Counted from the stretch's first letter, positions 39,771-49,239 are shown. The stretch: 64,000 bases of DNA from Methanobacteriota archaeon (GCA_020697715.1 JAEHCO010000001.1:256001-320000), one strand, 5' to 3'. Notes: generated by a model not told the origin, from the sequence alone. Numbers and translations are program-made.

Positions 39771-40655
39771 TTATTTAAAGGTCAATTGAAAGGAAAAGGG
39801 TCCACCTCTATCATCTTTAGTACACATTGAATTAATGCGCTTATATCCAATTTCAGTTAATTCTTCTTCGAGTTCTAATGGATTTATTGGACGTATCTCT
39901 AATGCATAGGATTCCCCTTCTATAATGAAGTCATAATAAGGGTTAAGAGATGAATGTGCTTGGTCATTATCAGTTATTATTAAGATTCCGTTATCTGCCA
40001 ATAAGTTTTTTAAGAGTGAAAAATCAGGGTTATGTGGCATAGAAGAAAGAACCCATGAAATAATTATAACATCGAATTTTTTTCCTTTTAATCGATTATG
40101 AATATTGTCTATATCCTCTACGATAATCTCCGTTCTCAACGGTGCTTCATCCATGATTTCTTGAAATTTCTTAATCATGCTTGTGGATTTATCAACATAC
40201 GTCCATGTTATATTCTCTTTATTGAAAAAATGATTCGTTATTAATTTTCCAGTACCTCCACCCAAATCCAAAATATTGTAGTTTCTATCTTCATTCAAGT
40301 GATTTTCAATTTCTTCAATGACACGCCGGTGCGATTCTAAAAGTTTCTTTGAATTTCGCTCATCATACATTTTAGCTATGGTATTATAAAAATCGATTGC
40401 GTTTTTAATATTGAAATTCTTAATATTGGGCAGGGTTTTATCCACATTTTTACTATCAATAATAACAATCCCTATTATACAAACAATCAGAATTATAGCA
40501 CATACAATCAAACCATACAGTACCTGATCTGGAGGCATCACTACAAGTGATGCAACAAATGCCCCCTCTGCAATTAACGCAATCAATGCTAAAAGTTTCG
40601 TTTTACTATCAATTGCATCAAGAATGCTACTTCGTGATTCACTCATCATATCCAC
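39771..40655 (-). CDS. Class I SAM-dependent methyltransferase with N-terminal 2-TM anchor
   Basis: Two TM helices, then FYNTIAKMYD, ILDLGGGTG, YVDKS.SM, FDVIIISWVL, L..NG.LIITD. Confidence 0.88.
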   Translation of the reverse strand: MDMMSESRSSILDAIDSKTKLLALIALIAEGAFVASLVVMPPDQVLYGLIVCAIILIVCIIGIVIIDSKNVDKTLPNIKNFNIKNAIDFYNTIAKMYDERNSKKLLESHRRVIEEIENHLNEDRNYNILDLGGGTGKLITNHFFNKENITWTYVDKSTSMIKKFQEIMDEAPLRTEIIVEDIDNIHNRLKGKKFDVIIISWVLSSMPHNPDFSLLKNLLADNGILIITDNDQAHSSLNPYYDFIIEGESYALEIRPINPLELEEELTEIGYKRINSMCTKDDRGGPFSFQLTFK

Positions 40656-40733
40656 ATTTTTATTATTCTCTCGATATCATCACATGCTCTTTCATTTATT
40701 ATTACTTTTTGGTTCTTGTATAATAAATAATCA

Positions 40734-41225
40734 TTATGAAATGTCATAGTGTTTTTTCAATAAGAATAACAATTCGGGATGAAATTTATCTCCACTTTTA
40801 ATCATCTGTCGAATAGTATCTATGTTAAAAAATTTCACATAATTAACTTCATTATTATTAATTGATAATTCGCCATTATACACCCCTGAAAAAGTAGATA
40901 GGAATCTCTTAATACCCCTTTCATCGGTATAATAATCCTTGTGTGAAAAAACAATTTCGATCTCTATTCCAAGTTCTTCTTTGATTTCTCGGAGAGCTGC
41001 CATCTCATATGTTTCTCCATAACGTACATGTCCCCCGGCAGAAGTGCTCCAATGTAGAGGACAAAATGATTTTTTATCACTTCGTAATTGCAACAACATT
41101 TCTTCTTTTTCATTTAGAATAAAAATATGGACAATTCTATGGATGGGTAAAATAGTATATACTTTGTCATAAGTCATTTTTCCAATTTCTTCATCATTTT
41201 CATTGACTACTGCTAACCATTCCAT
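40734..41225 (-). CDS. NUDIX hydrolase (IDI/YfcD-like)
   Basis: HRIVHIFILN...LLQLRS..K...P..W..SAGGHV..GETYE.AALREIKEELGI Nudix box. Confidence 0.93.
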   Translation of the reverse strand: MEWLAVVNENDEEIGKMTYDKVYTILPIHRIVHIFILNEKEEMLLQLRSDKKSFCPLHWSTSAGGHVRYGETYEMAALREIKEELGIEIEIVFSHKDYYTDERGIKRFLSTFSGVYNGELSINNNEVNYVKFFNIDTIRQMIKSGDKFHPELLFLLKKHYDIS

Positions 41226-41226
41226 T

Positions 41227-42186
41227 CTATTCCGCCATTTCTATATTTTTTGGAAAGAATTTGCATTCACACAATTTTTTATTACACGATACACAAGCAA
41301 ATTCACCATCATATTTATAACAATCGTTAAGCACATCCTCTAAAGACAACAATTTAAATTTATTTGTGTCTATTATTCCTCTAATTTTGTTCAAAATAGA
41401 GCAATACCAAGAAAATATATCTGCCATTTCAACTATCATATCCATTTTTGCCTTAATTAATCGTTTTGTAATCATATCTGGATCTAATGATGTATAGTCG
41501 ATTTTGTCATCTTTCTTAATGAATTTTTCATACGCATCTACTATCCCCTCAATTGTCGACAATCTATTAATGAAATCCATATCAATTTCGTCGATTTCTT
41601 CAATAACTCCTGCCAACTGGCTTAGCTCACGTATCGCCTTTGCTTCTTCCCCTACTTCTTCAAGAAAATGGAAACCAATGTTTTCTACTGAGAGCATATA
41701 TGTTGTTTGGCCATATATTTTATCAAAAACAGATTGCCAGTTTTGAATAGTATATCTCTCAAATTTTATGTGTTCATCATTCTCACATGTTAGTTTTGCA
41801 TTAAGCAATCTCCTGTATCCGGCAGCTTTGTCTTTTCCACCATCCATTATCTTAGGTTCACATCTGCATGGAGATATATGGCAATGCCCACAAACTACTG
41901 GATATTTAAAAGATATAATGTCAGATAATGACTCTGAAAAGCCGAATACCGAATCTTCGAGTGAATTACATTTGTTGATATAAGTACACATCCAACAGAA
42001 AGAATGTGCAGCCTCATCTAATAATTCAGTAAAATCATATTTCCTGATACTTTCGCCAATAGCACTACAATGGGCAGACAATGCAATCCAGATTTGCTCA
42101 ATATTTTTTTCTTTATCATTTTCCCCATATATTGCTTTAAATTTCTCCGTCCAGTCCGTTATAGATATATCTTCAACCATATACAT
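41227..42186 (-). CDS. Tandem MazG-like NTP pyrophosphohydrolase with Cys-rich zinc knuckles
   Basis: First domain degenerate and ends KYP.VCGHC...PC.C. Second domain has FLEEVGEE..AIR...EMADIFSW and ends C..C...CEC. Confidence 0.8.
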   Translation of the reverse strand: MYMVEDISITDWTEKFKAIYGENDKEKNIEQIWIALSAHCSAIGESIRKYDFTELLDEAAHSFCWMCTYINKCNSLEDSVFGFSESLSDIISFKYPVVCGHCHISPCRCEPKIMDGGKDKAAGYRRLLNAKLTCENDEHIKFERYTIQNWQSVFDKIYGQTTYMLSVENIGFHFLEEVGEEAKAIRELSQLAGVIEEIDEIDMDFINRLSTIEGIVDAYEKFIKKDDKIDYTSLDPDMITKRLIKAKMDMIVEMADIFSWYCSILNKIRGIIDTNKFKLLSLEDVLNDCYKYDGEFACVSCNKKLCECKFFPKNIEMAE

Positions 42187-42191
42187 CCTTC

Positions 42192-43157
42192 CTATTCTCG
42201 ATCAATTATTTGTTCTCCATAATATCTAGCAGAGTGATCTGATGAACTTACATATAAAAAATATTTTATTTCTGAATTGATATTCCCTATCAAGATTTTC
42301 TGGCCAGGCTTATCTCCTTGTGTATAAATTTTCCCATCGCCAATAAGTAAAAATACGCTATTGTGCCTTTTATCTATTTTAGTAAAACATTTAATATTGT
42401 ATTTTTTGCACTTCTTCTTTAGCTTTCTTAATATATCAATGTAATCAGCTTCCTTCAAAAGTTCTTCCTTTTTTGCCAGGTGAGATGGTATGAACCTTTG
42501 AATATACCATTTTTTAATACTTTTTTGTTTTAGATATTCTGGAATCCTAAGCATGGATTCATCATTGCGTTTATGGAGAACACTCTGAATGGCGAGATTA
42601 ATACCTTTGGATTTGAACCAATCAATGTTTTCTAGCTTTTTAAAATAAAGTTCCCTATCTGCTTCCTTCTTCTTTCCAAGGGTTCTAAAAATAGTTTCAG
42701 TTTGAGGTCTTACTGCATCTAATGAAATGCGAACCAAAATATTCTTTTGCTTAATGATTTTTAATAATTCTTTATCAGGCCTAATCGTTCCATTTGTATC
42801 TATGATTATTCCTTTATCGATACGCTTCAACAAAGAAATTAAATCATCTCTTTTTTTAGGCAGTAATGGCTCCCCTCCAGTTATAACCACCACGAAAAAT
42901 GGTGATTCATTAATCCAATTAATTAATTTTTCAGAAATAACGAGATCCCCTACTTTATGCATTTCAAAATCTTTAGCTACACAATGCTTACATTTCATAT
43001 TGCAATCAAAGGTTAAGTCGATGTTGAGGAGCAAAGGATTGCTTACGTATGGAGTCTGCCTATTTTTTTCAAATTCTTTAGTAGGTTTTATGTTAAAAGT
43101 ATGATTAACAGTATTATATTCCACTTTACCCCAATCTTCTTTTCTTGATATTATCAT
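42192..43157 (-). CDS. Radical SAM protein, viperin-like C-terminal half
   Basis: NIDLTFDCNMKCKHC, ITGGEPLL, DTNGT, RISLD, IQSVLHKRN, KKWYIQRFIP, NSVFLL..DG. No SPASM cysteines. Confidence 0.8.
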   Translation of the reverse strand: MIISRKEDWGKVEYNTVNHTFNIKPTKEFEKNRQTPYVSNPLLLNIDLTFDCNMKCKHCVAKDFEMHKVGDLVISEKLINWINESPFFVVVITGGEPLLPKKRDDLISLLKRIDKGIIIDTNGTIRPDKELLKIIKQKNILVRISLDAVRPQTETIFRTLGKKKEADRELYFKKLENIDWFKSKGINLAIQSVLHKRNDESMLRIPEYLKQKSIKKWYIQRFIPSHLAKKEELLKEADYIDILRKLKKKCKKYNIKCFTKIDKRHNSVFLLIGDGKIYTQGDKPGQKILIGNINSEIKYFLYVSSSDHSARYYGEQIIDRE

Positions 43158-44323
43158 TTGAATGCCACCATAATTTTTTCAGGGTGTTTTTTCCTAATTA
43201 CAAAATGCTTTTTTGATACATTTCTCAGCCCTAGATGGTGCCTTTTTTCATCAAATACAATCTTTGTTTGGAATCCATAACATTTCAGCAAGTCTGATAA
43301 AGCAGTATCGATCTCTATAATTTCACCCCTATGCATATTGTCTTGCACGACAACATACAACTTGCCATTTTTAGATAAACTCTGGATTATATTTTCAAAG
43401 GTCCTAAATAAAGTATCAAAATAACGAGTGTAATATTTTGAGTAATACATTACATCTTTTTCCTTCTTTTGTTCAATTGTTGTGATTAAATTAGATAGAT
43501 AGGGTGATTTTGAAAATAGATATTTTTTTCCATGAATAAAACTATCATAAGCTCTGACTGTATTAGTTCCAATTAAATTGGATGGCTTAACTGGAAATCC
43601 AACATTAGAAAGAAAGAAGTTCTCTGGGCCATATAATCGATGATAATCCAACCTATTGGGGTATGGAGGGGAAGTGACAATTAGATCAACAAGTTTAGGT
43701 GTTTTTGCTGTTATTGCATTTTTTATATCAATTACACAACTGCCTTCCACTGTAGGTTCATTGTTTTCATATGATTCTTTATAATACTTTTCAAAACGTT
43801 GAATAGTATCATCCACAATATCATCTAGAGATTTATACGAAGAAATGCCTCCTGCTTTTACCCAAGTTCTATTTTTTGATTTCTCAAAAGATGAATAATT
43901 TCGTAGAGAAACAAGTAATAGAGCCTTAAGAAGAGCCTTCTCTATTTGCTCATATTTTTCAGTAGTCTGCCAAGCTTTGCATAGCCCTTTTAATGTATCT
44001 TTATCATACCAGTCATCTGAAATTATTGAACTTTGATTTTTAACAGATGATAAACATTTTTTTAATTCCTCATAAAACCACTCAGTTCCATTTTTTTTGT
44101 AAGTGTTATATGCATCAATTTTTTTTGCACTATTTACAAAGAAATGAATTGGTAAAACATCATATAGATAAGCATTATGGCCATTTTTTTCGATAAACGG
44201 TATCAAAGGAGCCGTGCCTGCCATAGGGTCTAAAATTGTTGCAGGTGCACTCAATATTTCATCTTTAATATACTCCTGAACACTATTACGATAGGTTGCA
44301 TATTCAGACGAAAGTAATTTCAT
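43154..44323 (-). CDS. Amino (N4-C/N6-A type) DNA methyltransferase-like protein, alpha motif order
   Basis: Motif I ILDPMAGT near the N-terminus, motif IV LIVTSPPYPNRLDY, and L..NGKLYVVV.D. Confidence 0.85.
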   Translation of the reverse strand: MKLLSSEYATYRNSVQEYIKDEILSAPATILDPMAGTAPLIPFIEKNGHNAYLYDVLPIHFFVNSAKKIDAYNTYKKNGTEWFYEELKKCLSSVKNQSSIISDDWYDKDTLKGLCKAWQTTEKYEQIEKALLKALLLVSLRNYSSFEKSKNRTWVKAGGISSYKSLDDIVDDTIQRFEKYYKESYENNEPTVEGSCVIDIKNAITAKTPKLVDLIVTSPPYPNRLDYHRLYGPENFFLSNVGFPVKPSNLIGTNTVRAYDSFIHGKKYLFSKSPYLSNLITTIEQKKEKDVMYYSKYYTRYFDTLFRTFENIIQSLSKNGKLYVVVQDNMHRGEIIEIDTALSDLLKCYGFQTKIVFDEKRHHLGLRNVSKKHFVIRKKHPEKIMVAFK

Positions 44324-44428
44324 TAAAAAGGGCAGGGCTTGTTTGTACTTAAATATTAGCTATTTTAGCCTTGTATAGATGTAAATGCCCATCTCTCAAA
44401 AATGTTTATTCACCTCTTTAATTAAAGG

Positions 44429-44453
44429 TGCCAGGCCCTATTCAGGCCTGGCA
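44429..44453 (-). terminator. Hairpin after the AOR gene, at the island boundary
   Basis: TGCCAGGCC-N7-GGCCTGGCA immediately after the AOR stop. Confidence 0.55.
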
Positions 44454-44462
44454 TTCGAACGC

Positions 44463-46817
44463 TCACCACTTTTCCCAGTACTTCGCATCATCTGTCGGTG
44501 GCTTCTCATCTCCCACGTAGTCACCGCCCCAAGTGTTCAGGCCAGCTGCTTCATCTTCATCGATCTTCTGCTGAAGCATTTCCAGCATCTTGGTCTCGTC
44601 AGCGAATCCAAGCGAGATCATCTTCTGAACTGTCGGCACTCCATTGTGTGTCCATCCTCTTCGGAAGTAAACCGCATCCGCCAGCTTCTGATACCTGTTC
44701 TGGCGGTAATGGTACATCATCTTCATCCTGTCCTCGATGCTCATGGCTTCCAGGCTGTCTGCTGGAACTCCAATATCTTCCACCATCTGCTTGTCGTACA
44801 TTTCCTGGCGTGAGACGTATTCGAGGCGGGTTACGGGTCCCATGGATCTGTATGGTATCCAGTCGTCCGCACGTCTTCCGCGACCCATCCAGACATTCAT
44901 AGATCTTTGCCAGTTGTACGCTCTCTCGCTCTGGAGGATCAGATCTTCCTTGGTCACATTCCAGCCAGTTATCGCGTTCTGGATATCGACGTAGTTCTGC
45001 ACGTGGCCTGGAACCTTTGCCGGCTCCCCGGTTTCGGCATTATCCGCTGGCTCGACATCGTTCCATGGTAGTTTGCATAATCCGTTCAGTCCGAACCACG
45101 TTCTCCACATCGGGAAGTAGTGAAGCGCTTCAGCCTTATCAGCGAAGGTCGGGATCTGATTGTTCACCATGTCCATGAATATGAGCCAGGCCTCGTCGTG
45201 CTGCGGTCCTTTCAATGTCAAACCGTAGCCGCCCTGCATGGCCAAGCTTTCTTTGGTGACGTATTCTGAATATTCCAGACCCTTGGATTCCATTCCACAG
45301 TCCTCGATGAGTTGCTGATCTCCCCAGTTCTTGATCTTGAGCCAGTCCTTCACACGGCGTGCGCCCTTACCCGCTATCTTGACGAACTCGTCATCATCGC
45401 CAGCGGCCATCCTGTGGAGTAATTCCATCATCGCATCCGCGTTTCCAAAGCATAGTTCCAGACCACCGCATCTTTCCTTGTTCAGGATTCCATATTCGTA
45501 CATCTCCATGTAGAAAGCGATGGCAGTTCCTGTGGATATTGTGTCCAATCCGTATGTGTCACAGTAGAAGTTGAACTCCAGCACCCATAGTGGATCCCAG
45601 ATGCTCATATTGGACGAACAACCCAGTGTCTCGTATTCGGGCCCATCGACAGTCACTTTGTGACCCTTGTAAGGTCCGGTCATGACCGTGTAGCCGTCAG
45701 CGGCTTTCGCGCATGCCATCGTGCATCCGTACCAGCAACCGTCGGGTATCACCTGGGTCCACAATTTGTAGAAATGTGGCGAATATATCTTCGGTGCTTT
45801 CGGGTGCTGGCCAAATCGATAGTTCTCGGTTGGTAAAAGGTCATAGGCGTCCATGATCTCCACCAGGTGGCCGGTCCCAACGGTCCTCATATTGCACTGG
45901 TCCTTGTCCAGATCTCTCATTTCCTTGTGATAGTTCGCTCCTATTTCAGCAATTTTATCTAGATCGATAGCATCGTTGGTCGTGGCATCGAACTCGTCGA
46001 TCCTGGAAACAACGGCCTTGATCTTCTTGTGCCTCAGAACTGTTCCCAATCCACCGCGACCATGCTGCTTCAGCCTGGCTACCTTTCTTCTAATATCATA
46101 AAATGAGATGTTAAGACATCCCCAGTAAGAGTTCTCCGCTCCAGTTCCGGCGGATACGACAGCCACGCCCTGTTTGCCCTTCTCGGAATCCTCAAAAGCA
46201 TACAGGTGGGTCAATTGCTCAGCCAGCACATGGGAATTCGTTTCCTCGCCAGGCGCGGTCTCGATACGAACTTTTCCTTCGACACCGTCTATGAGGACGA
46301 TCACATCTTCATCGGCCTTTCCATGTATCTGGACAGCATCAAAGCCAGCAAATTTCATGTATGGCGCGAAGTAACCGCCAGCATTGGAGTCACATATGAT
46401 ATCGGTGGAAGGAGAAACAGATAGTGCCAGTGATTTTCCAAAGCCCGGATACTGTGTGGAACCGCACATCGGGCCCGCTGTCAGTACCAGTCCATTCTCA
46501 TCACTGTCCCAGCGTGTTGAAGGGTTGATGGAATCCCAGAGGAGCTTGAGACCGAATCCACGTCCTCCCGTGAATTTCTTCTTCATGTCCTCGGTTATTG
46601 GTATTTCCCTGATCTCCTTCTTTGTCAGGTCCACATACAGAGTGCGGCCAGCATAGCCCTTGACTATCGGCTTCTTCTCATAAGCGTATTCGGCCAGCAC
46701 GACATGGCTGGCCCTCAATGCGGCCAGATCCCACTTGTGTTCCGTGTTCCCTGTCTGGAAGCCAGTTGCCCGGTTTCCAATCAATTTTGCTTCTGCTTTA
46801 CAATTCTCATCACTCAT
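44463..46817 (-). CDS. Tungsten-containing aldehyde:ferredoxin oxidoreductase family protein
   Basis: GYAGRTLYVDL, GGRGFG, DSNAGG.F, GRGGLG, CWYGC..C, GPEYET, CD.YGLDTIS.G, Y.RRGW..NGVPT. Confidence 0.95.
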   Translation of the reverse strand: MSDENCKAEAKLIGNRATGFQTGNTEHKWDLAALRASHVVLAEYAYEKKPIVKGYAGRTLYVDLTKKEIREIPITEDMKKKFTGGRGFGLKLLWDSINPSTRWDSDENGLVLTAGPMCGSTQYPGFGKSLALSVSPSTDIICDSNAGGYFAPYMKFAGFDAVQIHGKADEDVIVLIDGVEGKVRIETAPGEETNSHVLAEQLTHLYAFEDSEKGKQGVAVVSAGTGAENSYWGCLNISFYDIRRKVARLKQHGRGGLGTVLRHKKIKAVVSRIDEFDATTNDAIDLDKIAEIGANYHKEMRDLDKDQCNMRTVGTGHLVEIMDAYDLLPTENYRFGQHPKAPKIYSPHFYKLWTQVIPDGCWYGCTMACAKAADGYTVMTGPYKGHKVTVDGPEYETLGCSSNMSIWDPLWVLEFNFYCDTYGLDTISTGTAIAFYMEMYEYGILNKERCGGLELCFGNADAMMELLHRMAAGDDDEFVKIAGKGARRVKDWLKIKNWGDQQLIEDCGMESKGLEYSEYVTKESLAMQGGYGLTLKGPQHDEAWLIFMDMVNNQIPTFADKAEALHYFPMWRTWFGLNGLCKLPWNDVEPADNAETGEPAKVPGHVQNYVDIQNAITGWNVTKEDLILQSERAYNWQRSMNVWMGRGRRADDWIPYRSMGPVTRLEYVSRQEMYDKQMVEDIGVPADSLEAMSIEDRMKMMYHYRQNRYQKLADAVYFRRGWTHNGVPTVQKMISLGFADETKMLEMLQQKIDEDEAAGLNTWGGDYVGDEKPPTDDAKYWEKW

Positions 46818-47260
46818 CAGCACACCCCCTGCTTGTGGTATACGGTTTCCTCAACTTCTTCTAGGTCGACCTCTACGAGCTCCAGTGCGCCATTTGGACA
46901 AGCGCTGACGCACTTGCCACAGGATATGCATTTGAAAGGAGTGATGACCGCAGGAGCCTTTCTCATGACCTCGCTGGAACAGAATCCCACACAGGCCTGA
47001 CAGCCGATACACAATTTCTTATTGATGACCACGGTGCCGCTTCCCAGCCTTCTTATCGCCTGGACCGGGCACATGTCGATGCACAGACCGCAATGATTGC
47101 AGTTCTCCATCACTAAGCCAGTATCGCCTTTTATGATCCTTATGGCGGACCATTCTCCACCATTCTCGTTCTTATGGTGGACATTGGAGCATGCTTTCTC
47201 GCATGCCAGATCGCCATCACATTTTGACGGATCGAACTTTATTATCTTGACAGTTGTCAT
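46817..47260 (-). CDS. 4Fe-4S polyferredoxin subunit associated with AOR
   Basis: Multiple CxxCxxCxxxCP motifs; overlaps the AOR start. Confidence 0.92.
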   Translation of the reverse strand: MTTVKIIKFDPSKCDGDLACEKACSNVHHKNENGGEWSAIRIIKGDTGLVMENCNHCGLCIDMCPVQAIRRLGSGTVVINKKLCIGCQACVGFCSSEVMRKAPAVITPFKCISCGKCVSACPNGALELVEVDLEEVEETVYHKQGVC

Positions 47261-47271
47261 TCACACCACTC

Positions 47272-47961
47272 CTAAAGATAGAATATGGCGAACATCGCGA
47301 CCCAGCAGAAGGCTGAGACACTGGCTGCCACTCCGTAATAGTGTTCTTTCCTTATCTCGTAGACATTCATGTACAACTGCTTGGCCATCACAGCCACTGG
47401 TAATGAGATACCACCAAGAGCGGCAGCGAAGAAACCCCTACCGATTATAAGGGGCAGAACCGCGCTGAAGTTCGAGAAATTGAACATGCCAGTCGTTATG
47501 ACCGGAGTGAATATCTGTGTGAACATGTAGCCTGTGACGTAAATTGAGAATCCCGCTATAACGCCGATCATTGCCAGGCTTTTTGGGTTGACCAATGGAT
47601 TTCCGGCTTTTCTAATATCAAATACCGGTCTGTTGAATATCATCTCGAAGACCAAACCCTCAGCGGCTATAGCCAGTGCGGAGCAGATGACACAAGTGCC
47701 TATGGGAGCCCAGAACCTGAGCAATCCAGCAACAAGTGCCATGCCCAATTGCATGCCCAGAACATTGTACGTCTTCCTGGTGTAGGCCATTAGCCCGAGC
47801 CCGACCAGACCGCCCAAAAGAGCGCCCATCGGGAAATTGCTCATGACTCCTCCGAACTTCACACCGCCCAGCGTGCATTCCAGTAGTCCCCACATGGATC
47901 CAAATAATATGATCCCTGCCAGTATCTTCATCCTGTCTTTATTGTTCTTCATTTCTCTCAT
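47272..47961 (-). CDS. Membrane protein resembling an ECF transporter S-component
   Basis: Six to seven TM segments; FGSMWGLLE..LG, AGLLRF..P...C..LAIAAEGLVFE. Confidence 0.55.
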   Translation of the reverse strand: MREMKNNKDRMKILAGIILFGSMWGLLECTLGGVKFGGVMSNFPMGALLGGLVGLGLMAYTRKTYNVLGMQLGMALVAGLLRFWAPIGTCVICSALAIAAEGLVFEMIFNRPVFDIRKAGNPLVNPKSLAMIGVIAGFSIYVTGYMFTQIFTPVITTGMFNFSNFSAVLPLIIGRGFFAAALGGISLPVAVMAKQLYMNVYEIRKEHYYGVAASVSAFCWVAMFAIFYL

Positions 47962-48737
47962 AGTAGATTCACCTCTATTCTTATGACATTTCTAACTTTG
48001 AATTTATTAATTTGATCATCTGGGAGATCGGGGAAGAAGCTTTTGAACTCATCCAAAACCAGATAACCGTTCTGGATACTGTCCCAGTCCACGATCTTGG
48101 AGTAGCCGTCCACTCCAGTTATTGTGTATGTGCGATTGGCCAGGTCCGTGAAGCCCGCATGCTCAAGCACATCTGCCAATTCCACTCCTTCATAAGATAC
48201 TCCGTCCTTGGTGAACTGGACAATATCCAATTCCTCAAATATACCATCCCATGTAAATTCTATGGATGAGCCCTTGAAGGAAGCATCTGGATCCATGTCC
48301 ATAACTACCAAGGCACCCAGTTCGATCTTCTCGATGGATTCAACATCCCTTATGCCGTAAGCCTTAGGGAGATGTGGGAAATAAGAAGCTGTGTCTTCTT
48401 CCAGCAGTATCCCTTGCATCATATCCATCCAGGACACGTTCTTCTGCCATCCGTCCTCCGCGATGATGGTGAACAATGTTTCATTTTTATCATCATCAAG
48501 TTCATTGCCAAAAGCAGTCAAGTTCAGGATATCGCTGAGAGCCAGTCCTTCTTTTCCATCCACTGTTTTGGTTTCCAGATCCTCGGCCAGCTCATCCCAG
48601 GTATATTCATGGCCATCGAACTCCATGGCGTCCCCGGTGTCAATGGCCTCGCCGTCCGGAAGCACAGCGTACAGTATGCCGATTATGATCACAGCTACAA
48701 CAACCAGTGCGATCCCGATTCCCAATTTCTCGCTCAT
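47958..48737 (-). CDS. Membrane-anchored protein with two sulfite-oxidase/Moco-binding-like domains, no catalytic Cys
   Basis: N-terminal TM, two repeats of EG(L/V).L.D(I/V)L....(F/Y)TI...DG(W/Y).K.V.W......(I/V)R.V..IE. Confidence 0.6.
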   Translation of the reverse strand: MSEKLGIGIALVVVAVIIIGILYAVLPDGEAIDTGDAMEFDGHEYTWDELAEDLETKTVDGKEGLALSDILNLTAFGNELDDDKNETLFTIIAEDGWQKNVSWMDMMQGILLEEDTASYFPHLPKAYGIRDVESIEKIELGALVVMDMDPDASFKGSSIEFTWDGIFEELDIVQFTKDGVSYEGVELADVLEHAGFTDLANRTYTITGVDGYSKIVDWDSIQNGYLVLDEFKSFFPDLPDDQINKFKVRNVIRIEVNLL

Positions 48738-48810
48738 ATTGATTTCCTCCTTTTCAATTCGGAAATTTGTTTGCAATCACTTCGTTCTCGCAAACAAAAT
48801 CTCTCCATTA

Positions 48811-49239
48811 TTAACAGTTGATGCAGACTATATCGATAGTCACCAGGTCCCTGACCCAGAAGCTCTTTGTTTGTTCCGTGAATACAACCTTTTTGTCTTC
48901 CAGAACGATATAGCCAGTATTGACATCGTCCCAATCCACATCCTTCTGGTAGCCATCGGCTCCAGTGAATCTGTACTGGAATGTCTCATGATCCTGAATG
49001 TCCGCGTCCTCGATCATGTCACTGAGCTTCACGCCTTCAAAATCCAGGTCACCTACACTGAATGACACTATCTCATAATCATTCTCAATGTCATCCCATG
49101 TGAAGTCCACACCATTGACGATTATCTTATTGGTATCGCCCTGTGGGATAAGTGTGTAGGCGAAGGCCGCACATGATGTAACCAGTATCACCACGGCCAC
49201 GATGCCTAATACCAGATTAAGACGCTTGATATTCATCAT
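48811..49239 (-). CDS. Membrane-anchored single Moco-binding-like domain protein (paralogue of 47958-48737)
   Basis: TM, then FEGVKLSDMI...YRFTGADGYQKDVDW...FWVRDLVTI. Confidence 0.6.
   Translation of the reverse strand: MMNIKRLNLVLGIVAVVILVTSCAAFAYTLIPQGDTNKIIVNGVDFTWDDIENDYEIVSFSVGDLDFEGVKLSDMIEDADIQDHETFQYRFTGADGYQKDVDWDDVNTGYIVLEDKKVVFTEQTKSFWVRDLVTIDIVCINC

Noticed and set aside
43154-44323. Classical type II restriction-modification system
   Set aside because: No adjacent endonuclease-like ORF; the neighbours are nucleotide-metabolising enzymes.
37594-44323. Integron cassette array with attC sites
   Set aside because: No RYYYAAC...GTTRRRY palindromes between genes and no integron integrase in the window; only the shared leader is supported.
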